Shown piece after piece: positions 1-8,304 of a DNA stretch of 26,888 nucleotides. Numbering within the stretch: the stretch's first letter is position 1; the number at the start of each line of letters is the position of its first letter. A model generated the notes under the pieces. It searched no databases, was not told where the DNA came from, and saw only the letters and a program-made list of their open reading frames with translations. A program made the translations under genes and the position numbers. The stretch is from a virus (lineage: Duplodnaviria; Caudoviricetes), in the IMG/VR virus record IMGVR_UViG_3300020365_000106, positions 1 to 26,888 of that record. One strand, 5' to 3'.

Positions 1-598
1 AGATAAGAGGTGGAGTGTTTATTGTTGTTTCAGTTAGGAAATTATCAGGACATCTAAGCCTATCAAAATCATTACTTTCAGATGGTGTACCAAAAGCATT
101 GGTGGCTGATGGTGTTAATAAGTAGAATTTTCTATATGGGAACTGTGATCTAAATTGTGTCCATTGAGATTCCATTATAGCTGTAGTTTGAGAGTCACTC
201 TCATCAATTACTGCAATACAGACTCTTGTCATGTTACCTGCATTTGCAAATGAATCGCAGTTTGTGGAAATTCCTTCTACAACAGTTGCTCTTCCTTGCA
301 AGACAATTTCTTTTTTACCTCCAGGTTTTGTGAAGATAATATCATAAACATATCTCCCAGCTTTAAGATTCGTAGTCGTAAAACTTGGAATTGATAATTT
401 TATTTTTCCAGTTACTCTATCTAAAAAACTGATAGTAAAATTGACAGAAGTTTTGCTACCAGCATGTTTCCGCAACTGAGCTTGTGCTGAATAATTAGTC
501 AGATCAACAGGATCTCCACCCATTTGGAGCATGTCATATTCTTGTTCGTAATCACTTCCACCATCTATCCTGATGTTGTGGGTGTATACTACTGCCAT
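1..598 (-). CDS. Putative virion structural/adhesin protein, paralog of 604..1566 (runs off the left edge; missing from the ORF track)
   Basis: Hand translation from ATG at 598: MAVVYTHNIRIDGGSDYEQEYDMLQMGGDPVDLTNYSAQAQLRKH...LKAGRYVYDIIFT..., open to base 2. The N-terminal ~110 aa align by eye with 604..1566. Confidence 0.8.
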   Translation of the reverse strand, partial: MAVVYTHNIRIDGGSDYEQEYDMLQMGGDPVDLTNYSAQAQLRKHAGSKTSVNFTISFLDRVTGKIKLSIPSFTTTNLKAGRYVYDIIFTKPGGKKEIVLQGRATVVEGISTNCDSFANAGNMTRVCIAVIDESDSQTTAIMESQWTQFRSQFPYRKFYLLTPSATNAFGTPSESNDFDRLRCPDNFLTETTINTPPLI

Positions 599-603
599 CT
601 TTT

Positions 604-1566
604 TTAACTATTTAGAACTAGATTACGGAGAGCAGAATATAATTGTTGCCCCACAGTTGCAAAATCAGTGGGTTTCCCCTCAAAAGTAGGAAGATCAAAA
701 GTATTAGTATCTGCACTTACATATAATATTCCAGCTCCAATTTTCTCATAAGCAACAGTTACTTGAGCACCTACAGCATAAACTGGTGTTCCGCCAGTGA
801 AGGTTCCGCTGGCATTAGAATATAATTCAATGGGAAAGTTCGATTCTACAACTGAACTATCATTTGATCTGTCCATGAAGATCTGCAATGCCACATCTAC
901 ATTATCTTGTCTAATTTCTGAGCCAAGACCTATCAATATCTCATTCATTCCTGCCTCATCTCCACAACCATTTTGTGTAAACCATTCATTATTTACCCAT
1001 ATAACTCCACCACGTTGAAGATATTGAACCAGACTATTTTTATATGCCGTATTTCTTATAAGAGATACAGCGTTATCTAATGTCTGACATCCATTGACAA
1101 ATCCTAGACGAACTATACCATAATCATTGATATCATTAATAGTAATTGATGTACCAGTTACATTAGGACCAAATCCGTTTGCTTCTAAAATAAATCCAAT
1201 CTCTTCATTTGCATAAGAAGTAACAACACACGATGGTGTAACATCTTCAGTTGCCAGTACATTACCTTCTATAACAATACTTTTCTTACCTGTAGTATCT
1301 GTAAACATCATATCCCAGACATACCGACCAGGTTTAATATCTACACTATCGCTTGATTTTAAAGATATTCTTACTCTTCCGTTCGCCCTGTCTATAAATC
1401 CAACATTGAAAGTCGCAGCTGCATTTAAACTTTCTGGATGCTTTCTGACTTGAGATGCTGCTGTATATCCAGTTAGATCTAGAGGTCCATTACTATCATC
1501 TAGATAAAAATCTCTAGAAAAATATTCCCCCGTGTTAATAGTAATATTGTTGACGTAGACTGCCAT
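604..1566 (-). CDS. Putative virion structural protein: cyanophage Ig-like N-terminal domain plus a GATase1/DUF4350-like C-terminal domain
   Basis: Motifs DLTGY..SQVRKH and KPGRYVWD..EG are typical of cyanophage structural proteins. A late-promoter-like GATAAATA lies upstream. Confidence 0.7.
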   Translation of the reverse strand: MAVYVNNITINTGEYFSRDFYLDDSNGPLDLTGYTAASQVRKHPESLNAAATFNVGFIDRANGRVRISLKSSDSVDIKPGRYVWDMMFTDTTGKKSIVIEGNVLATEDVTPSCVVTSYANEEIGFILEANGFGPNVTGTSITINDINDYGIVRLGFVNGCQTLDNAVSLIRNTAYKNSLVQYLQRGGVIWVNNEWFTQNGCGDEAGMNEILIGLGSEIRQDNVDVALQIFMDRSNDSSVVESNFPIELYSNASGTFTGGTPVYAVGAQVTVAYEKIGAGILYVSADTNTFDLPTFEGKPTDFATVGQQLYSALRNLVLNS

Positions 1567-1585
1567 AGTATACAGCTTTATTGAT

Positions 1586-1593
1586 TATTTATC
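1586..1593 (-). promoter_or_regulatory. T4-type late promoter (GATAAATA) for the minus-strand genes
   Basis: Reverse complement of TATTTATC, about 20 nt upstream of ATG 1566. Confidence 0.6.
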
Positions 1594-1599
1594 AAGGGC

Positions 1600-1654
1600 T
1601 TGACAAACCTTGATTCCGTAAGTAGGATCTGTTTGTTAGGTTTGGAGATAAATA
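1600..1654 (+). promoter_or_regulatory. Sigma70-like promoter TTGACA-N17-TAGGAT followed by late motif GATAAATA
   Basis: TTGACA 1600-1605, TAGGAT 1623-1628, GATAAATA 1647-1654. Confidence 0.55.
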
Positions 1655-1680
1655 AGAGCTCTAAGACATTAAGCTATAGT

Positions 1681-2130
1681 ATGAGTTATGAGAATCCTTG
1701 GATATACTTGGAACGAACTTTTGATAGTGATGATGTTGGGGACTACTTTGGCTTTGTTTATCTCATTACCAATAAGTCCAACCAACGACAATACATTGGG
1801 CGAAAGTATTTTTGGTCGTTTAGAAAACCACCAGGGAAGAAAAGAAAAGTAAAGCAAGAATCTGATTGGAAAAAGTATTATGGTTCTTGTCCTGAGTTAA
1901 AAGAAGACATCAAAAAGTATGGCAAAGAGTTCTTCAGTAGAGAAATATTGAGTCTGCATAAAACTAAAGGAACTTGTAACTTTGAGGAAACTAAGCAGTT
2001 ATTCCTAAATAATGTGTTACAAGAATCACTTGACAGCGGTATACCCGCCTACTATAATAGTAATATTCTTGGAAGGTATATGCGTAAGGACTATGGTAAC
2101 TTTAGCAAAAATACTGAAGAAGAATCATGA
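1681..2130 (+). CDS. GIY-YIG family (Seg-like) endonuclease
   Basis: GFVYLITN...YIGRK motif followed by YYGS. ATG 1681 is preferred to TTG 1600, which lies in the promoter. Confidence 0.8.
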   Translation: MSYENPWIYLERTFDSDDVGDYFGFVYLITNKSNQRQYIGRKYFWSFRKPPGKKRKVKQESDWKKYYGSCPELKEDIKKYGKEFFSREILSLHKTKGTCNFEETKQLFLNNVLQESLDSGIPAYYNSNILGRYMRKDYGNFSKNTEEES

Positions 2131-2290
2131 TTGGGCGATAGACCAAATTCATTATCACTGTGATTCTGGAGATATAGAATCTGCGTATTCTATTCAATGT
2201 GAATTTGATGAATGGTTAGATCCTAATACTGATGAACATGACATTTTGTCTCTGGAATACTTCGGAGAAGAAAGTCAGTTTGATATATAG
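2093..2290 (+). CDS. Hypothetical acidic protein
   Basis: ORF from ATG 2093 (MVTLAKIL...), preceded by AAGGA. Confidence 0.6.
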   Translation: MVTLAKILKKNHDWAIDQIHYHCDSGDIESAYSIQCEFDEWLDPNTDEHDILSLEYFGEESQFDI

Positions 2291-2310
2291 ATTGATAACT
2301 GGAGTTTATC

Positions 2311-2550
2311 ATGCAAAAACTCGTTAACTTAATTGCGCTTTTTTCTGGCGTTGTATCTCTATCTGTAGTTGCAGGTGGGGCATATGTTTATGTAAACAAA
2401 GATGCCATGGTTGAAAGAGCTAAAGAAAAAATTACTGCTGCTGCAACAGAAGCAATTGCTGGTGCATTGCCTGATATGTTAGGTAATACTGCACCTCTGG
2501 GTGAATCTGGACCAGTTGGTGGATCTAGTCTTCCTATACAGTTCCCCTGA
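2311..2550 (+). CDS. Hypothetical single-TM membrane protein
   Basis: GGAG RBS and a hydrophobic N-terminus. Confidence 0.75.
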   Translation: MQKLVNLIALFSGVVSLSVVAGGAYVYVNKDAMVERAKEKITAAATEAIAGALPDMLGNTAPLGESGPVGGSSLPIQFP

Positions 2551-2578
2551 GCTATATAGAACAGTTGCTTAGACTTCT

Positions 2579-3037
2579 ATGCCCGAAGAAGTAAAGAAAG
2601 AAGAACTTAAAACGGAAGAACCGAAAAAGAAGAGTGCTCTTGAAAAATTGAAGGAAAAGGCAGGTGACTCTGAAGAACACCTTGCTATTCTTTCAACCTT
2701 TGTTCGTTTAGGTATTCTTGTTTGGTCTGGTGGTATTCTAACTCTTAACTATGTGACCATTCCTGGTTTCCCACAAGGAAAGATCGACCCAACCTTCATA
2801 GCCAGCGTTTTTACGGGCGTTTTAGCTACATTCGGGGTTCAGACAGCAAAGAATAAGGCTAATGGTGGTAGTGCCCCTGCAGGTGGTGTGAGTAAAGCAG
2901 ACATGGAGAAGTTAATTGCTGCAGCATCACAAACTGCTCCTGCTCAAACGATTAGGATTGAGCAAGCACCACTTCAAATCGGAAACTCACCAGCACCTAA
3001 AGGACCAGCAAAGTCAGACGAAAAGTACACGATGTGA
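2579..3037 (+). CDS. Hypothetical membrane protein (two hydrophobic segments)
   Basis: 152-aa ORF with segments LGILVWSGGILTLNYV and FIASVFTGVLATFGV. Confidence 0.8.
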   Translation: MPEEVKKEELKTEEPKKKSALEKLKEKAGDSEEHLAILSTFVRLGILVWSGGILTLNYVTIPGFPQGKIDPTFIASVFTGVLATFGVQTAKNKANGGSAPAGGVSKADMEKLIAAASQTAPAQTIRIEQAPLQIGNSPAPKGPAKSDEKYTM

Positions 3038-3041
3038 TGTT

Positions 3042-3593
3042 ATGAACTACAAATGGGCGGTATTAGGATCAGCAGCGGCATTTGGATTTGCACATATTGG
3101 AATCCTAGGTCATTTGATGAGTCGTTCTCAACTGCCAGTTATCAATTTACCTGTTGGTGACTATACCTCCTATATTGTAGAAGCTCATAAAGATGGTTAT
3201 AGAATTCAGTATAATTCTAATGACCCTAAAGTTTTAGGTGTTAGAAAGTTTGTTGATAAAAAGAATGGAGTCTTTGGTATAGGTGGTGAGACAACTACCA
3301 CCTTCAAAGAAGAATACACTATGGATGGTGCCCGCCATATGGGTGGAGGTGATGTGGGAAAGTTGAGTGCCGAAAAATTAGCATGTATCAAGGCGGAAGG
3401 TGGCGGAGAAAATGCAGGTAGACAAGTTGGTGCTACTATAGGTGCTGCTACTGCTCCTGCTGTCTTAAGTATTCCATACATTGGATGGTTGGCAGCTGGT
3501 TGGGTTGCAATATTCAGTCAGGAAAAAGGTGCTGAGATTGGTGGTGATTTAGCTGTTTCTATGAAAGATGGTTGCGATAGTAACGAAAATTAA
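3042..3593 (+). CDS. Hypothetical membrane protein with glycine-zipper-like C-terminus
   Basis: ATG 3042 (MNYKWAVLG...) just after the upstream stop; GxxxGxxxG segments. Confidence 0.75.
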   Translation: MNYKWAVLGSAAAFGFAHIGILGHLMSRSQLPVINLPVGDYTSYIVEAHKDGYRIQYNSNDPKVLGVRKFVDKKNGVFGIGGETTTTFKEEYTMDGARHMGGGDVGKLSAEKLACIKAEGGGENAGRQVGATIGAATAPAVLSIPYIGWLAAGWVAIFSQEKGAEIGGDLAVSMKDGCDSNEN

Positions 3594-3670
3594 AAATTTG
3601 TAGTTATATGGCACAGACAAAAGTGGTAAATAGGACTATACTACTAATGTAAATAGAGGATACTGCAGTA

Positions 3671-3991
3671 ATGACTGATCCTGATCAAAGTTTTTCCGAT
3701 CTTAAATTAGATAGGAAAGAATGTCCCAAATGCGGAGCCACATGGATTAATGGTAAGCATGTTTGGAGGGGTACGGGTGCAAGTTCAGATTCTAGTGAAT
3801 TAGATTTAGCTGGACTTGTTTGTAATCCATATGGAAATAATCAATGTATCAATCCAAAGAAAGGTATGGACGGCGGTCAAACCTGGGAATATAGAAGAGG
3901 ATATGTTGATGCTGCTATTGAAAGCAGAAAAAACGAAATTGAAAATGCAGATAAAATGTTTAGAACTCAGTTTCCTGATGAGGATCTATGA
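3671..3991 (+). CDS. Hypothetical protein with CxxC motif
   Basis: CPKCG and two further Cys; GAGGA RBS. Confidence 0.75.
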   Translation: MTDPDQSFSDLKLDRKECPKCGATWINGKHVWRGTGASSDSSELDLAGLVCNPYGNNQCINPKKGMDGGQTWEYRRGYVDAAIESRKNEIENADKMFRTQFPDEDL

Positions 3992-4200
3992 ATTATTCAT
4001 TCACTCTTCTTCTGTGTTTCGTACCTTTAGTTGTGATCTACATAGTAATGAAGATTGCCGTATGGATGTCTGCTGTAAACTATGAAGCGGATTATGTCAG
4101 AAAAGAACCTTCACGAAAACGAGGACCCTTTGTGGCAAACCCATATGAGGATGTTGATGCAGAGGAAGAGGACTATGGAAATCGCACAGACTATCGATGA
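3988..4200 (+). CDS. Hypothetical small membrane protein
   Basis: ATGA overlap with the upstream gene; N-terminal TM segment. Confidence 0.7.
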   Translation: MNYSFTLLLCFVPLVVIYIVMKIAVWMSAVNYEADYVRKEPSRKRGPFVANPYEDVDAEEEDYGNRTDYR

Positions 4201-4315
4201 TGCTCTTTACGAGTATTATACTGTAGATAGGGGTGTACCAGTTCCAAAGTGGAGAATGAAAAAAGATCCAGATTGGTGGACTGAGTATTTAAAAAGTTTA
4301 GAAGATGATATTTAA
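4175..4315 (+). CDS. Hypothetical small protein
   Basis: ATG 4175 (MEIAQTIDDALYEYY...) preceded by GAGGA. Confidence 0.55.
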   Translation: MEIAQTIDDALYEYYTVDRGVPVPKWRMKKDPDWWTEYLKSLEDDI

Positions 4316-4883
4316 TTATGTGAATACGGAATCGATTCCTTGTGATGATTTTTGTATCTCTAAAGTCACAAAATCGTTTCCCATTTTTCATTATGTTCCG
4401 CCAACATATTCTGAAATAAATGAGAAGTTAATACCATTATTTCAGCAATATAAAGAAGAAAACCCAGAGTCAATAAGAACAAATGTAGTCACTACTTGGA
4501 GAAGTGGTTGGTTTGTTCAGAATGACCCTAGGTTTAAATTTTTTGTTGATTGGATTATCACTCAATGTAAGTATATTTGTATAAATCATCTTTACAAACA
4601 TTTTGAATTTTTTTGTTTGAATATGTGGTTAATGCAATATGAAGGAGGGGATCATGCTCAACCACATGACCACTTTCCAAATTCCTTTTCCTGTGTTTAT
4701 TATATTGATGTAGAAGAGGGTTGCTCTCCAATTATTTTTGAAGGCGAACTTGAGATTAATCCTAAACCTGGAATGGTTGTCATATTTCCATCTATATTAA
4801 TGCATGAGGTTCCTAAGACTGATAAAAAGAGAATGGTAATCTCAATGAACTTCGGTGTAGAGGAATCTAAACCTAGTGTGTAA
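4305..4883 (+). CDS. 2OG-Fe(II) oxygenase-like protein (TIGR02466-like)
   Basis: PHDH...SCVYYI...FPSILMHEV...RMVISMN facial-triad pattern. Confidence 0.8.
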   Translation: MIFNYVNTESIPCDDFCISKVTKSFPIFHYVPPTYSEINEKLIPLFQQYKEENPESIRTNVVTTWRSGWFVQNDPRFKFFVDWIITQCKYICINHLYKHFEFFCLNMWLMQYEGGDHAQPHDHFPNSFSCVYYIDVEEGCSPIIFEGELEINPKPGMVVIFPSILMHEVPKTDKKRMVISMNFGVEESKPSV

Positions 4884-4916
4884 ACCAACACAATAAGTAA
4901 TTTTGTATATTTTTGA

Positions 4917-4924
4917 AATAAATA
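4917..4924 (+). promoter_or_regulatory. Late promoter motif AATAAATA upstream of petE
   Basis: NATAAATA match about 20 nt before the ATG. Confidence 0.5.
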
Positions 4925-4945
4925 CTTGCAGCGATAAACGAATAG

Positions 4946-5269
4946 ATGAAGTTTTTCTTTGCGCTGTTAGCTACACTCTTTCTTGCTACACCTGCTTGGG
5001 CTGTAGATGTCATGATGGGTGCTGGTGGTAATTTAGTATTTGAACCATCAGAACTTACAATTTCTGCTGGAGATTCAGTTCACTTTGTGAACAATATGCT
5101 TCCTCCCCATAATGTATTAATCAAAGATCATCCTGAGTTAGGTCATGAAGCCCTAGCAATGATGCCTGGTGAGGAGTTCGATGTTGAATTTCCTGAAGCA
5201 GGTGACTATACTTTCTATTGTGGTCCCCATGAGGGAGCAGGTATGATCGGAACAATTCATGTAGAATGA
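4946..5269 (+). CDS. petE: Plastocyanin
   Basis: Signal peptide (AWA), PHNV, and the YCGPHEGAGM type-1 copper ligands. Confidence 0.96.
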   Translation: MKFFFALLATLFLATPAWAVDVMMGAGGNLVFEPSELTISAGDSVHFVNNMLPPHNVLIKDHPELGHEALAMMPGEEFDVEFPEAGDYTFYCGPHEGAGMIGTIHVE

Positions 5270-5427
5270 TTCACAACGCAGGGCATTTTGCCGCATGGGC
5301 TTTAAATAACCCATACACATTAGGACCAATGTGTATAGCATTGGTCTTTGTTCCCATTCTTGGAATGTGGGCAGTTCACAAATATGGATGGGAGCATTGG
5401 GAACCTTTTGACAAAAAACACAAGTAA
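5266..5427 (+). CDS. Small membrane protein (53 aa; not in the ORF track)
   Basis: ATGA overlap with the petE stop; MIHNAGHFAAWALNNPYTLGPMCIALVFVPILGMWAVHKYGWEHWEPFDKKHK. Confidence 0.75.
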   Translation: MIHNAGHFAAWALNNPYTLGPMCIALVFVPILGMWAVHKYGWEHWEPFDKKHK

Positions 5428-5434
5428 TAGTGTT

Positions 5435-6067
5435 ATGGAAAAATTTAACCAGATTACTTTAAATATTACAGTATCAATTATAGACTTCCTGTATAAAGGG
5501 AGAGACTTTCAAAGATTTTGGGTGCTTGAGGAAATTGCTCGGGCACCATATTTTGCGTTTTTAAGTGTCTTACACCTTCGTGAATCTTTAGGTTTGCGAG
5601 GTCAATGGCACATTTATTTGATGAAAGAACACTTCGAGCAGAGCGTCAATGAAACAGAACATCTGGAGTACATGGAATCTAGGGGCGGTAATTCTTATTG
5701 GATTGATCGCTTTTTTGCCAGACACCTCGTCCTTATCTATTATTGGGTCAATGTGGTTTATTATTGGGTGGCTCCTCGCGCTGCTTACCATCTCTCCTAC
5801 GAAGTAGAGATTCATGCAGCAGAAACATATGGAGAATACTTAACTCGTTTTCCAAAAGATGAGAAGATTTGGGAGATTATGAATGATGAGGTTCAGCACT
5901 TCCAAGAACTTGCAGAAGCGATTAGGATCCTTGATCCTGATCACTTAACTGTAAGAGAGAAGGATCGTGATCCATTCCCCCCAGATGTAAGTGATCTAGG
6001 AGTCACAGTTAAAACTATTGGGTATCAAGAACATGAACCTATTTCTCAGACCACTAGAAGATCCTAA
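5435..6067 (+). CDS. ptox: Plastoquinol terminal oxidase (AOX/PTOX family)
   Basis: RFWVLEEIARAPYF, NETEH, EVEIHA..TY and DEVQH di-iron motifs; ATG 5435. Confidence 0.93.
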   Translation: MEKFNQITLNITVSIIDFLYKGRDFQRFWVLEEIARAPYFAFLSVLHLRESLGLRGQWHIYLMKEHFEQSVNETEHLEYMESRGGNSYWIDRFFARHLVLIYYWVNVVYYWVAPRAAYHLSYEVEIHAAETYGEYLTRFPKDEKIWEIMNDEVQHFQELAEAIRILDPDHLTVREKDRDPFPPDVSDLGVTVKTIGYQEHEPISQTTRRS

Positions 6068-6269
6068 TGGTGTTACATGGAGTATCATCTGGAGTTTGGT
6101 GATACTCCTTATAGGAGTAGCTTATTACATATACACTATTATGACTCTGGCATTTAGTGAAATGAATGAACCTGATCCTCCTCCAGCACCTGAAAAGGAA
6201 GTTGTAGATGAAGTAATAGAACTTACTGGATTGGAAAAAATTAATACTGATGATGAAGTGAATAAATAG
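6033..6269 (+). CDS. Hypothetical single-TM protein
   Basis: MNLFLRPLED..., TM segment WSIIWSLVILLIGVAYYIY. Confidence 0.7.
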   Translation: MNLFLRPLEDPNGVTWSIIWSLVILLIGVAYYIYTIMTLAFSEMNEPDPPPAPEKEVVDEVIELTGLEKINTDDEVNK

Positions 6270-6297
6270 GTAGAGCACAAATCATTAGAGTGATATA

Positions 6298-6555
6298 ATG
6301 GCTTATATTCGCCACGATGAAAATAACAATCCAGTAGACCCACAACCTGGAAGTACGGAAGTTCAACAATTTGCAGGAACTGAAGGTTGGTCTACTGTAA
6401 CCTATAAGAATTTTAATGCAGATTATCAGGCTCGTAATACTGATAATAGTCCCAGGACTCCAGCAGCATATCAGAGACATGATGAGAATAATAATCCAGT
6501 AACACCAGCGGCGTATCAACGCCATGATGAGAATAATAATCCAGTTAATGCATGA
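6298..6555 (+). CDS. Small repeat protein (three AY[I/Q]RHDENNNPV units)
   Basis: 85-aa ORF; late motif AATAAATA at 6261-6268. Confidence 0.75.
   Translation: MAYIRHDENNNPVDPQPGSTEVQQFAGTEGWSTVTYKNFNADYQARNTDNSPRTPAAYQRHDENNNPVTPAAYQRHDENNNPVNA
6457..6546 (+). repeat. Tandem 45-nt coding repeat (TPAAYQRHDENNNPV x2)
   Basis: Identical peptide units with synonymous nucleotide differences. Confidence 0.85.
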
Positions 6556-6605
6556 TTGTAAACGGATAGCATTGTAATAAATAAAAAAAAATTAGGACTA
6601 AGGTT

Positions 6606-7076
6606 ATGGGAGCGATGATTCCGCCAAGTAGGAAGTCATGTTATAACTTCCGCGTGATTGAAATAAACAGAGTTGTTGATGGTGATACCATTGATGTAAC
6701 TATTGATTTGGGATTTGACTTGTATAAGAAGGAGCGTGTCCGTGTGGCAGGTGTGGATACTCCAGAAAAGCGAACAAGAGACTTAGAAGAAAAGGAGCTT
6801 GGGATCGATGCAACGAATTGGCTCAAAGCGAAGTTGGATGGTGCCATTACTGGGGATGACGATCTTGTTATCCGTACTGAGCTTGTTGGTGGTATGGGCA
6901 AGTATGGTCGCCTTCTCGGTTGGTTGTACATAGGAGATGCTGATGTGTCCCTGAACGAACAAATGATTGACGAAGGATACGCTTGGGAGTATGATGGTGG
7001 TACTAAACAAAAGAATTTTGAAGAACTCCGCGAAATTCGTAGAGCACTTGGAACTTTAGTTGATGATTTGTCATGA
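6606..7076 (+). CDS. Thermonuclease (SNase-like) family nuclease
   Basis: RVVDGDTID, RVRVAGVDTPE, GKYGRLLG and LNEQMIDEGYA motifs. Confidence 0.9.
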   Translation: MGAMIPPSRKSCYNFRVIEINRVVDGDTIDVTIDLGFDLYKKERVRVAGVDTPEKRTRDLEEKELGIDATNWLKAKLDGAITGDDDLVIRTELVGGMGKYGRLLGWLYIGDADVSLNEQMIDEGYAWEYDGGTKQKNFEELREIRRALGTLVDDLS

Positions 7077-7315
7077 AAGACTTAAAAATTCCATTTGCTG
7101 TTATCTCATTTCTTGCTGTTCAACTTGGTGGTGCCATATGGTGGGCATCTCAAGTTGATGGTAGAGTAAGAACTCTAGAAACTAAAAGTCTTAGTGTTGC
7201 TCAAGAGAACAGGAGATATATTGAGCAAGTAGTTCAACCATCTTACGGAATTGGTAAGAATTGGAAGAATCAATATCATGATGAGTGGGTACTGAAAGGG
7301 GGTTGGAAAAAATGA
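7073..7315 (+). CDS. Hypothetical membrane-anchored protein
   Basis: ATGA overlap; N-terminal TM segment. Confidence 0.7.
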   Translation: MKDLKIPFAVISFLAVQLGGAIWWASQVDGRVRTLETKSLSVAQENRRYIEQVVQPSYGIGKNWKNQYHDEWVLKGGWKK

Positions 7316-7512
7316 CAAAAGAAATTACTATCAATGCTCCAGAAGATCTGAGCATCGATCGTCTAATGATCGAGCAAACTATAACTCAACCATCAGACTT
7401 AGAAGTAGGTCCGATTAAAGTTGGGGATTCTTCAGCATTAACTGCGAGTAATGTTGCATTTGTAATTATTATTCTTGGTGCTCTTCTTGTATTCAAAAAA
7501 TTTATCAAATGA
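7312..7512 (+). CDS. Hypothetical protein with C-terminal TM segment
   Basis: ATGA overlap at 7312. Confidence 0.7.
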   Translation: MTKEITINAPEDLSIDRLMIEQTITQPSDLEVGPIKVGDSSALTASNVAFVIIILGALLVFKKFIK

Positions 7513-7784
7513 GTTTTCTAAATATTTTACTCGCCGTAACTCTTTGGGTTCAAGTACCTCAATGGTCCGATGATTGGAGTAATTGTGCTGTTGATGTTCC
7601 TGATACATCTTGCCATTGGTACATTGTCAATGCGGACAACACCTTTGGAGAAGGATTTGACTGGGAAACAGCACCATGGTATTCAGTAGAAGGTCTTCAA
7701 GATATTGCTAATCTTCATGATACTGTTTTAGAAGATGGGTATCGTTATACTATGGAAAGTCTACAAGATGATAAAGATATTTGA
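7509..7784 (+). CDS. Hypothetical exported Trp/Asp-rich protein
   Basis: ATGA overlap; hydrophobic N-terminus and two Cys. Confidence 0.7.
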   Translation: MSFLNILLAVTLWVQVPQWSDDWSNCAVDVPDTSCHWYIVNADNTFGEGFDWETAPWYSVEGLQDIANLHDTVLEDGYRYTMESLQDDKDI

Positions 7785-8304
7785 TAATTTTTTACCTGAG
7801 GAACAACATAGATTAATATATGATTCTATGTTTCAGAATAGTATATTTCCTTGGTTTATAAGTCCTATCTTAACTGATAGTTGGATTCATTGTGATAGCA
7901 AAGAGAATCTTCAATTCTCAAGTTGGATTTATAAAGATTTTAGACCAGAAGGTCCTCAATTTGATTTATTTTTGCCTATCATATATCATCCAGAATTGGG
8001 TATTAAGTCTATAAAAAGAATCAAGGCAAATTTAAATCTACAGACTCCTGAAATTATAACTCACGGATTTCATGTAGATGATCCTACATTGAAGAATCCT
8101 GCACATAATGCTATATATTATGTAAATTCAAATGATGGGTATACCTTATTTGAAGATGGGACAAAAATTGAAAGTGTAGAGAACCGTCTGGTTATCTTTA
8201 ATTCACTTCTCAAACACACAGGTAGTAGTTGTACAGACGAAAAACTTCGCTGTGTAGTAAACTTTCTCTATTATTCGGACAACCGAGAAGATTATGAATC
8301 TTAA
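7768..8304 (+). CDS. 2OG-Fe(II) oxygenase-like protein
   Basis: IFDNFL start, FHVD...AIYYVN..DGYT, ENRLVIFN..KH.G and R.VVN motifs. Confidence 0.85.
   Translation: MIKIFDNFLPEEQHRLIYDSMFQNSIFPWFISPILTDSWIHCDSKENLQFSSWIYKDFRPEGPQFDLFLPIIYHPELGIKSIKRIKANLNLQTPEIITHGFHVDDPTLKNPAHNAIYYVNSNDGYTLFEDGTKIESVENRLVIFNSLLKHTGSSCTDEKLRCVVNFLYYSDNREDYES

Noticed and set aside
1600-1680. TTG start for the GIY-YIG gene
   Set aside because: The TTG is the -35 box of a promoter; ATG 1681 fits better.
1681-2130. Intron-encoded or mobile homing element
   Set aside because: No interrupted host gene or group I intron structure is visible; the nuclease is free-standing.
5348-5434. N-terminal extension of PTOX given by the ORF track
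   Set aside because: It overlaps the 53-aa membrane ORF; the PTOX-like sequence starts at ATG 5435.
6298-6555. RiPP/cyanobactin precursor reading of the repeat peptide
   Set aside because: There is no recognisable leader or AYDG-type site and no modifying enzymes or transporter adjacent.
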